DNA from: an uncultured Bdellovibrionales bacterium
GTDB lineage: Bacteria; Myxococcota; XYA12-FULL-58-9; JASMKV01
Assembly: GCA_964013445.1 (NCBI GenBank)
Contig: CAXGWX010000002.1
Span: forward strand, 1 to 61,618
Direction of reading: 5' to 3'
DNA length: 61,618 nucleotides
Made by a program: the position numbers and the translations under genes. Numbering within the stretch: the first letter of the stretch is position 1; each line of letters begins with the position of its first letter. The notes beneath the pieces are model-generated. The model did not search any database, was not told the origin of the DNA, and saw only the letters and a program-made list of their open reading frames with translations. Of the stretch, positions 54,950-61,618 are shown one piece after another.

Positions 54950-56405
54950 TGGGACGCCTCTTGTGATGTTCAGTTTCGCGTTCAAAGGCATATGCATATT
55001 TTAGTATTCGCGCTTCCTCCCATGCTGGACCTAAGAGCTGTAGCCCGATGGGGAGATCATCTCTATTAAACCCACAAGGCAAAGAGATGCCGGGAAGCCC
55101 TGCAAGATTACAGCTCACGGTGAATATATCTGCCAGATACATTTCTATAGGGTCAGCTTGATGGGCACCGAGTTTAAAGGCAACATTTGGGCTTGTGGGT
55201 GTCAAAATAAGATCGACTTTTTCAAAGGCAGCAGCAAAATCGTTTCGGATCAGAGTGCGAACGCATTGGGCCTTAGCATAGTAGGCATCATAATAGCCTG
55301 CAGAAAGAGCGTAGGTTCCAAGCATGATGCGACGTTTCACCTCTAAGCCAAACCCGTGACCGCGAGTGTTGCTGTACATCTCGTTTAGTCCCTGGCCTGG
55401 ATCTTTGCGCAGTCCGTAGCGCACACCATCGTAGCGTGCGAGATTGCTTGATGCTTCGGCCGTAGCAATCAGATAGTATGTGGCTATAGCGTAGCTTGTA
55501 TGGGGGAGAGAAATGTCAACAATTTCACAGCCCATATTTTGATACACACGAATCGCTTGATTTATAGCGTCGGCTATTTCGCTGTCCAGTTCACCAACAA
55601 AGTATTCCTTCGGGATCCCTATACGAATAGGAGTAATCTTTTCGTCGCATGAACTGGCATAGTCGACCACCGGGGTATTGGCGCTGGTTGAGTCGGCAGG
55701 GTCATGGCCCGCAATAGTATTGAGCATTAAAGCCGCATCTTTGACGGATTTTGTCATTGGCCCCACTTGATCGAGAGAGCTGGCGAAAGCGATTACCCCG
55801 TACCGTGATACACGGCCATAGGTTGGTTTTAAGCCAACTATTCCATTCAGTGAGGAGGGTTGTCGAATAGAACCTCCGGTATCTGTACCAAGAGAGCCAT
55901 AGCAAAGGCTTGCTGCAACACTTGCGGCGGAGCCACCCGAGGAGCCGCCGGCGACTCGTTCGAGATCCCATGGATTATGCACAGGCTTAAAGGCAGAATG
56001 CTCATTGCTTGAGCCCATTGCAAATTCATCCATATTTAGTTTTCCAAGAATGACCGCTCCTGCATCCTTGAGCTTCTTGACGACAGTTCCGTCATAGGGG
56101 GCAATAAAGTTTTCCAAAATCTTAGAAGCGCAGGTTGTTGGCAGGTCGTTTGTCAGAAAAATATCTTTCAATGCCAGTGGAACTCCGTCAAGAGCTCCTT
56201 TGCTTTCATTCTTTTCTCTGCGTGCATCCGCGCCTTTTGCTTGTTGGATGGCTCCTTCACGGTCAACATGAAGATATGCGCCGATTTTAGGGTCGTTTTT
56301 TTCGATGTGGTTAAGACAAAGGTTGGTGAGTTCCAAACTCGATACTTTTCTCTCTGCCATAAGTGATATAATTTCACTTATTGTTTTATGAATTAATTCG
56401 GACAC
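54939..56405 (-). CDS. gatA: Asp/Glu-tRNA amidotransferase subunit A
   Basis: Amidase signature [13 protein letters not shown]. 488 aa. It lies between gatC and gatB. Confidence 0.95.
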   Translation of the reverse strand: MSELIHKTISEIISLMAERKVSSLELTNLCLNHIEKNDPKIGAYLHVDREGAIQQAKGADARREKNESKGALDGVPLALKDIFLTNDLPTTCASKILENFIAPYDGTVVKKLKDAGAVILGKLNMDEFAMGSSNEHSAFKPVHNPWDLERVAGGSSGGSAASVAASLCYGSLGTDTGGSIRQPSSLNGIVGLKPTYGRVSRYGVIAFASSLDQVGPMTKSVKDAALMLNTIAGHDPADSTSANTPVVDYASSCDEKITPIRIGIPKEYFVGELDSEIADAINQAIRVYQNMGCEIVDISLPHTSYAIATYYLIATAEASSNLARYDGVRYGLRKDPGQGLNEMYSNTRGHGFGLEVKRRIMLGTYALSAGYYDAYYAKAQCVRTLIRNDFAAAFEKVDLILTPTSPNVAFKLGAHQADPIEMYLADIFTVSCNLAGLPGISLPCGFNRDDLPIGLQLLGPAWEEARILKYAYAFERETEHHKRRPNGL

Positions 56406-56408
56406 ACT

Positions 56409-56708
56409 TTACTCAACAATTTTAGGCACCCCGAAGCCATCCCCAATGCGTTCAGGAGCTCCCCGTAGAGTTTTGCTGCTTTCAAGACAAGGCTGACTCG
56501 AATCCTCACGGTATTTGGTGGGCAGAGGAATAGCGTGACTGGTTGGCGTGACATTCGAAGTATCAAGTTGATTTAACAGCTCGACGTATCTAAGAATGTC
56601 CTCCAGGTTAGAGCCTATTTCCTTGGCTTCTTCAGGAGACAAGTTGAGTCGGGCTAATTTGGCAATATGATGAACTTCTTCGCTGTCAATTTTTGAGTGT
56701 TCACTCAT
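56409..56708 (-). CDS. gatC: Asp/Glu-tRNA amidotransferase subunit C
   Basis: 99 aa. The N-terminus VHHIAKLARLNLSPEE is typical of GatC. It lies 3 nt upstream of gatA. Confidence 0.85.
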   Translation of the reverse strand: MSEHSKIDSEEVHHIAKLARLNLSPEEAKEIGSNLEDILRYVELLNQLDTSNVTPTSHAIPLPTKYREDSSQPCLESSKTLRGAPERIGDGFGVPKIVE

Positions 56709-57019
56709 TTTTTCTCGCTGTAATCCTTTAAGGAGAAAAATCGCAGAATATTATCCCAGTAGCCTTCGTGCCCAACAAGATCGTCGAGGTCATGATCATC
56801 AAGGACGATGCAGTGGCAGGCAAAGCAGCGTTCAACCTCAATACCGTGATAGGTGAGATGATGCAGAGGCATACCGCACTTTGGACAGCGCATATGGTGG
56901 AGGTCTTTTAGCCTTTCCTTTTCAGCCTCAGCGATTTCTTTGGCGTGCGCGATTGCGAGTTGACGCTTTTTTTCTGCGTCCTCTCTGGCAAAATATTCGT
57001 CTTCAGCATGTGATGTCAC
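56705..57019 (-). CDS. Zinc-ribbon (zf-TFIIB-like) protein
   Basis: 104 aa. An N-terminal charged helix is followed by CPKC-x17-CFAC and ...VLDDHDLDDL, the pattern of PF13453-type zinc ribbons. Its stop overlaps the gatC start by 4 nt. Confidence 0.6.
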   Translation of the reverse strand: MTSHAEDEYFAREDAEKKRQLAIAHAKEIAEAEKERLKDLHHMRCPKCGMPLHHLTYHGIEVERCFACHCIVLDDHDLDDLVGHEGYWDNILRFFSLKDYSEKK

Positions 57020-57046
57020 GATTTTCTCCTTTGCTGGCGTTTAAGG

Positions 57047-58678
57047 TTAAGGGGTCAAAAGTTTTATCATGCGTTTCGCAACGGGCGTTTCAGGCCCATT
57101 GGGAACCAGCCCGACATATTTTTTGTAGTTTTTGAGCGCAAGATCATTCTTGTCATCTGCGTGATAGGTTTCACCGAGGCCCATATAAGCGTCAGCAAAG
57201 TTTGGCTGCCATTCTAAGGCAAGGTTAAAACTTTTGACGGCAGCCTTTATGTCTTCAAGGTCGATATAGCACCAGCCCGCACCCGCATATGCCTCTGGGC
57301 GAGTTCTGTCGACTCCAATAGCTTGTTCAAACAGCCGGATGGCTTCTTTGGCTCTATCAATTTGTTGTAAGCGAGATGCTTTTGCGGTCAACTCGTCATA
57401 GCTGAGCTTTGGCTTGTTTGCGTCTTCTATGGCTTTATCCGTTTCTTTGATTCGAGCAGCGGCTCGAGTATGTTGCCCATTCTTCGCAACGATCTTAGAA
57501 AAGATTTTTTTTGCGTCTTCAAGTTTTCCCTGGCTTAACAACGTTTTCCCTAAATCGTACTCTGCGCGAACAAAGTTAGGATGCTTTTTCACAATACGTT
57601 GCAGCGCGTCTGCCTGGCTCTGAAGATCTTCAGCGTTGTCGCTAAACTTATAGGCTTTAAGCAGCAGAATTTCTTTTTGCTTTTTGTCTTCCGGTTTGAC
57701 TTTACTCAGTAAGTTTTCAAAATCAATGACATTTTTTTCATAGAGGTAGTAGTCCGCGAGGGCGCGAATCGCTTGTATGTTGTTGGGTTCACGCTTGAAG
57801 CTTTGTTGCGAAATCAGCAATGCCCTTGCTTGATCTTTACGGCTGTCTTTTACTTCTTGACCATTTTGGGTCTCTTGTTGTTCGCCATAATATTCAAGCT
57901 TGATTGATGCACGTCGCATGAGCCCTTCAGCCAGTGCGGTGTGGGCGTCCAAGTAATCATCTTTTAGAGCAATCGTTTGTTCAAAGAGTGCGATGGCGGT
58001 GCTGAGACCGTTTTCTGTATCATTCAACATTTCTTTGTAGCCAGCGGCCAGTTGTTGAATTGCTGCCTCAGGCACTTCATCACTAATGCCTTTGAATGCT
58101 CCCTGTATGTAGGCCAGGCTTACGCTGGTTCCGAGCACAAGCCCCGCAATAGCGAGATAAATATATTTACGATAGGATTTTTTTTCTGGTTCTTCTGCAA
58201 GATTAGTTGGAGGTATAAATTCGCTTTGGACTTCTTCTTTGACTGGTTCCTCTGTTGCCTCCGCTTCCGCCTCTGACCAGTTTGGTTGTTCGCGCACTGA
58301 AATTTCATCATCACTGATTGTTTCGGCGGGGTCAGTACTTGCCAGGCCTTGTCCTTCCACTGCCTTAAAAAACATAGACAGCTCAGCGATATCGCCAAGG
58401 GATTTCCAATGCGTTCCTGTTTTGGAAATCTCATCTCGGCGTTCAACTTTTTTCTCGACAATCCATCTTTGAAGAGTTGTTAATTCGCGAAAATGATAAG
58501 TGGTGCCATCAGTTTGTTTAACTTTCCACTCTGCATCTCCCGCATCACCGGTTTTAGTTGGACGATAGACTCGGAACACGTGTGCACAGGAAGCACATTT
58601 TACCGGCAGTCCTTTATGCGGTATTCGTGCAGCATCGAATTCGTAAACCCGACCACATCTCTGGCAATGTATATCCAT
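57047..58678 (-). CDS. MJ0042-type zinc ribbon + GYF-like domain + TM + TPR protein (GltJ-like architecture)
   Basis: The domain order is:
- CQRCGRVYEF...VKCASCAHVF (MJ0042 finger)
- WKVKQTDGTTYHFRELTTLQRWIVEKKVERRDEISKTGTHWKSLGDI (GYF_2-like)
- an acidic linker
- a TM (YIYLAIAGLVLGTSVSLAYI)
- about 330 aa of TPR-like repeats. Confidence 0.65.
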   Translation of the reverse strand: MDIHCQRCGRVYEFDAARIPHKGLPVKCASCAHVFRVYRPTKTGDAGDAEWKVKQTDGTTYHFRELTTLQRWIVEKKVERRDEISKTGTHWKSLGDIAELSMFFKAVEGQGLASTDPAETISDDEISVREQPNWSEAEAEATEEPVKEEVQSEFIPPTNLAEEPEKKSYRKYIYLAIAGLVLGTSVSLAYIQGAFKGISDEVPEAAIQQLAAGYKEMLNDTENGLSTAIALFEQTIALKDDYLDAHTALAEGLMRRASIKLEYYGEQQETQNGQEVKDSRKDQARALLISQQSFKREPNNIQAIRALADYYLYEKNVIDFENLLSKVKPEDKKQKEILLLKAYKFSDNAEDLQSQADALQRIVKKHPNFVRAEYDLGKTLLSQGKLEDAKKIFSKIVAKNGQHTRAAARIKETDKAIEDANKPKLSYDELTAKASRLQQIDRAKEAIRLFEQAIGVDRTRPEAYAGAGWCYIDLEDIKAAVKSFNLALEWQPNFADAYMGLGETYHADDKNDLALKNYKKYVGLVPNGPETPVAKRMIKLLTP

Positions 58679-58735
58679 AACTTTTTAACCTATCAGAGTA
58701 CGTTTTTCTCAAACCTAGAAGGCTATTGCAATGAT

Positions 58736-60919
58736 CTAGATCGGTTCAACAAAGCGGGCAACAATGACTTTGCGCCCAACATTGGGAAAATTCACGGTCA
58801 ATTTTTCATCTCGTCCTTTACCTTGGCTGGTCAGAACCGTTCCTTTGCCAAATGTTGCATGAAAAATGTGCTGTCCCTTTGAGTAGTTTGTGTCCTCAGC
58901 AGAGTCTGGTTCGACTTCGCCGAAAAAATCATCAATAAATTCAGATGGTTCCGGCCTTTGTGCTGATACCTTTTGCTTTTGTTGATGCTGGCTTTGGGAT
59001 TGTAATTCGAGAAGATCGTCGGGGATTTCGCCGACAAAGCGGGAAATTTCAGAAAATCTTGTTTCCCCAAAGACGCTGCGTGAGCGGGCGGCGCTCAGGT
59101 GTAGGTTCACTTTTGCCCTGGTGAAGCCCACGTAGCAAAGCCGTCGCTCCTCTTCGAGTTCCGCAATATCGTCCTGACTGCGCCCATGGGGAAGCAATCC
59201 TTCTTCCAGCCCAGGGATATAAACTGTTGTAAATTCTAGACCTTTTGCCGTATGAAGGGTCATAAGGGAGACGTGCCTTTGCTCCTCACCTGCTTGGTCA
59301 AGGTCGGTGGCGAGAGCAGCCTCTTCTAGAAATTGGCCAACACTTGGTTCACTGCTAAGCTCTTCAAATTCTTCACAGGCCGCCATGAGTTCACTGAGGT
59401 TATCGAGACGTTCAAGCTTTTCAATATCCTGCCCTTGCAGGCTGGCCAAATAGCCGCTTTTTTCGAGAATATTTTGTAATACGACGGTGACTGGTTGATC
59501 CTGGCTTTGCAGACTTTGATTATCAATAAGCGTAACAAATTTCATTAATTGCTGTCGCGATCGGGAAGTGAGAATGTCGTCCCGCCCGGTAACCTGCCGA
59601 GCTGCATCGAGGAGACCAAGATCATTTTGCTGAGCGTAGCTTTGTACTTTTTCCAGGGTGGTTTTACCGACGCCTCGTGTGGGAACATTGACGACCCGAA
59701 GAAAGTCCACATCTGAGCTGGGGTTAACCAAAAGCTTAAGATAGGAAAGCGCATCTTTGACTTCTTTGCGGTCGTAAAAGCGAATGCCCCCATATATTTT
59801 GTAGGGGATATTGCGTCTGCGCAGAGCATCTTCAATAGGTCTACTTTGGGCATTTGTTCGATAGAGAATCGAAAAATCCTCAGGCGCCTGATTTTGCATG
59901 AGTTCGAGGGCGATGGATTGTCCAATGGCTTCGCCCTCATCTCTTTCGGAAGGAAATAGGCGAAAGCCAATTGGGGTACCTAGCTCACCTTCGGAAAAAA
60001 GAGTTTTTCCTTTACGGGATCTGTTGTTTGCTATGAGTGTGTTGGCAGCCTCGAGAATCCGTTTGGTCGAGCGATAGTTTTGTTCAAGACGGATTGTTTT
60101 GGCCCCTGGAAAATCCTTCTCAAAGCGAAGAATATTTCCTATGTCAGCACCGCGCCAGCGGTAGATACTTTGATCGTCATCCCCAACAACCGTTAAGGTT
60201 TCGCCTTTGCCAGCGAGCAGGCGCAGCCATTGATATTGGACAGGGTTTGTATCTTGATATTCATCCACTAAAAAATATCTCCAGCGTCGCTGGAGCGTTT
60301 CAAGAACTTCCTTGTTTTCTTTTAAGAGTTTTAAGGCAATTAAGAGAAGATCAGAGAAGTCTACAGCCTGATTTTCAAGACAGCGTTTTTGATAGAGAAC
60401 GTAGAGTTTAGCGGCTTTTTGCGCGATCATATCGAAAGCCGAGGGGATAACATTTTTCGGCTCAAGGCCGGCATTTTTCCACTGATCAATTTTATGACCG
60501 ATAGCTTTGGGAGTGAACACTTGAGGATCAAGATTCATTTCTTTGAGGCATTGTTTGAGCAGCTGTTTGCGATCTGAATCATCATAGATGGTAAAGTATT
60601 TGTTTAGCCCCACTTCCTCAGAAAATTCCCGAAGAATGCGGACACAAATAGAGTGAAAGGTTCCGATGTGCGGCTGTGAGTCGTTGTTTGGGCAGAGCTT
60701 TAAAGTTCGCTCTTTCATCTCTTTTGCCGCCTTATTGGTGAAGGTCACAGCCAGAATCTTATGGGGCCAAACATTGTGTTGCTCAATGAGCTCCGCAATA
60801 CGATAGGTGATAACTGTCGTTTTGCCACTGCCGGCACCAGCGAGAACAAGGAGTGGTGAATTGCTGTGAAGAACGGCTTGTTGTTGCGCAGGGTTAAGTT
60901 TTTCGAGATTGGTGAACAT
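58736..60919 (-). CDS. uvrD: ATP-dependent DNA helicase UvrD/PcrA
   Basis: Walker A AGAGSGKT, DEYQDTN, and the full set of SF1 motifs. The C-terminal Tudor-like tail is HATFGKGTV. 727 aa. Confidence 0.9.
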   Translation of the reverse strand: MFTNLEKLNPAQQQAVLHSNSPLLVLAGAGSGKTTVITYRIAELIEQHNVWPHKILAVTFTNKAAKEMKERTLKLCPNNDSQPHIGTFHSICVRILREFSEEVGLNKYFTIYDDSDRKQLLKQCLKEMNLDPQVFTPKAIGHKIDQWKNAGLEPKNVIPSAFDMIAQKAAKLYVLYQKRCLENQAVDFSDLLLIALKLLKENKEVLETLQRRWRYFLVDEYQDTNPVQYQWLRLLAGKGETLTVVGDDDQSIYRWRGADIGNILRFEKDFPGAKTIRLEQNYRSTKRILEAANTLIANNRSRKGKTLFSEGELGTPIGFRLFPSERDEGEAIGQSIALELMQNQAPEDFSILYRTNAQSRPIEDALRRRNIPYKIYGGIRFYDRKEVKDALSYLKLLVNPSSDVDFLRVVNVPTRGVGKTTLEKVQSYAQQNDLGLLDAARQVTGRDDILTSRSRQQLMKFVTLIDNQSLQSQDQPVTVVLQNILEKSGYLASLQGQDIEKLERLDNLSELMAACEEFEELSSEPSVGQFLEEAALATDLDQAGEEQRHVSLMTLHTAKGLEFTTVYIPGLEEGLLPHGRSQDDIAELEEERRLCYVGFTRAKVNLHLSAARSRSVFGETRFSEISRFVGEIPDDLLELQSQSQHQQKQKVSAQRPEPSEFIDDFFGEVEPDSAEDTNYSKGQHIFHATFGKGTVLTSQGKGRDEKLTVNFPNVGRKVIVARFVEPI

Positions 60920-60920
60920 T

Positions 60921-61268
60921 TTAGCTGTACTTACTCAGTCGTTCAGCAATGATGTGATCAATCACATCTCGGGAATTTTGATCGATATTAATGAACTCGA
61001 TACCCATGCCGGGGTTTTCCTGGCTGGGATGGTTTACGTGGACCACCTTTCCCAGCCCTTCAATTAATTTTTCGCCATCCTCAAGTTGGATTTGCAAATA
61101 TATCATTGATCCCAGAGGGTGAGGGTCCAAGGATTTGATGAATAGCCCGCCGGAGGAAATATTGAGAGCATAATCTTTGAGAAAAGTTTCCATATCTTTG
61201 AGTCGAAATTGGACAAGAAGTTGGAGGGGAATGCGGGGGTGTTCGCGTTGTTCTGGTCCGGAAGACAT
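60921..61268 (-). CDS. Single-domain PilZ protein (predicted c-di-GMP receptor)
   Basis: 115 aa. Both halves of the c-di-GMP-binding signature are present: RxxxR (REHPR) and [DN]xSxxG (NISSGG). Confidence 0.75.
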   Translation of the reverse strand: MSSGPEQREHPRIPLQLLVQFRLKDMETFLKDYALNISSGGLFIKSLDPHPLGSMIYLQIQLEDGEKLIEGLGKVVHVNHPSQENPGMGIEFINIDQNSRDVIDHIIAERLSKYS

Positions 61269-61274
61269 GGAAGA

Positions 61275-61280
61275 ATTATA
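61275..61280 (-). promoter_or_regulatory. Perfect TATAAT -10 hexamer placed 6 nt upstream of the PilZ ATG
   Basis: The minus strand reads ...ggcaTATAATtcttccATG. The hexamer is at 61275-80 and the ATG at 61266-68. There is no SD. The -35 is poor: TTGCAC lies at 20-nt spacing. Confidence 0.3.
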
Positions 61281-61330
61281 TGCCTTATTTGTTTTTGTTT
61301 GTGCAACAGTTTTTTACTTGAGGAGTAAAT

Positions 61331-61618
61331 TTAGTCGCAAAGGCCAAGGAGTTCCAGGGCTTCTTGAATTGTGCGGACTTGGTTGATCTCAAGGCCATCA
61401 GGAAAAGACTCAATCTTTTGATTGTCAGTTTTAGGTATAATACATCTTTTGAATCCGAGTTGGGATGCTTCGAAAAGTCTTTCTTCGAGTTTTGTAACGT
61501 GACGCAGCTCTCCGGTGAGGCCAATTTCGCCTATACAGACGAAATCATCGGGTAGAGCAACATTTTTAGAGGACGAGGCGATGGCCAACATGACGCCAAG
61601 ATCGGCGGCTGGTTCGTG
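61331..61618 (-). CDS. radA: DNA repair protein RadA/Sms, C-terminal Lon-protease-like part (5' end outside the window)
   Basis: The minus-strand frame is open from the window edge: HEPAADLGVMLAIASSSKNVALPDDFVCIGEIGLTGELRHVTKLEERLFEASQLGFKRCIIP... This matches the RadA C-terminus. The ORF-track entry 61331..61591 is its internal-Met fragment. Confidence 0.85.
   Translation of the reverse strand, partial: HEPAADLGVMLAIASSSKNVALPDDFVCIGEIGLTGELRHVTKLEERLFEASQLGFKRCIIPKTDNQKIESFPDGLEINQVRTIQEALELLGLCD

Noticed and set aside
1-61618. Whole-window scan for CRISPR arrays, IS elements or transposases, integrases, phage genes, toxin-antitoxin pairs, rRNA/tRNA, and known defence-system genes
   Set aside because: I found none. 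All large ORFs are accounted for by housekeeping, envelope or signalling genes, or by the orphan proteins listed. The UvrD-like helicase is a canonical full-length UvrD/PcrA and not a Gabija-type partner.

Overview
This is a gene-dense 61.6 kb chromosomal segment with about 57 protein-coding genes and mid-range GC by eye. I found no rRNA, tRNA, CRISPR array, transposase, integrase or prophage genes, and no convincing intrinsic terminator. Several features point to a Myxococcota/Bdellovibrionota-type (former Deltaproteobacteria) genome. These are a roughly 1000-aa AMIN-domain PilQ, a Hanks-type kinase, FHA/DUF4388, MJ0042 zinc-ribbon and GYF modules, many exported HEAT/TPR proteins, and PrkA. 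This placement is inference only, because no search could be run.

Most of the content is housekeeping:
- pilMNOPQ followed by aroC-aroK
- miaB
- alr followed by an Mla/MCE-type ABC transporter
- comF and proC
- an ECF sigma/anti-sigma pair
- ccmFGHI
- proS, hflKC, hemE and bamD
- clpX-ppx-prkA
- hrcA-grpE-dnaK-dnaJ
- gatCAB, uvrD, and a partial radA

I saw no clear-cut new multi-gene system such as a defence island. The candidates most worth follow-up are:
1. A Ser/Thr kinase whose C-terminal tail looks like a ribbon-helix-helix domain.
2. A tightly packed clpX-ppx-prkA-orf154 block that lacks the canonical PrkA partners.
3. A lipoprotein made of about 14 tandem 4-Cys units, 61 Cys in total.
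4. A zinc-ribbon + GYF + TM + TPR protein with GltJ-like architecture, next to a zinc-ribbon gene translationally coupled to gatC.
5. A sulfatase-family enzyme with a T-x-P-x-H (phosphodiesterase-like) nucleophile motif.
6. An unannotated 47-aa highly basic ORF.
7. Three genes whose promoter geometry suggests leaderless mRNAs, including an hrcA operon with no visible CIRCE operator.

All functional calls rest on motifs read by eye from the supplied translations. Several ORF-track starts use alternative start codons or sit inside the upstream gene, and I have trimmed these to more plausible starts.
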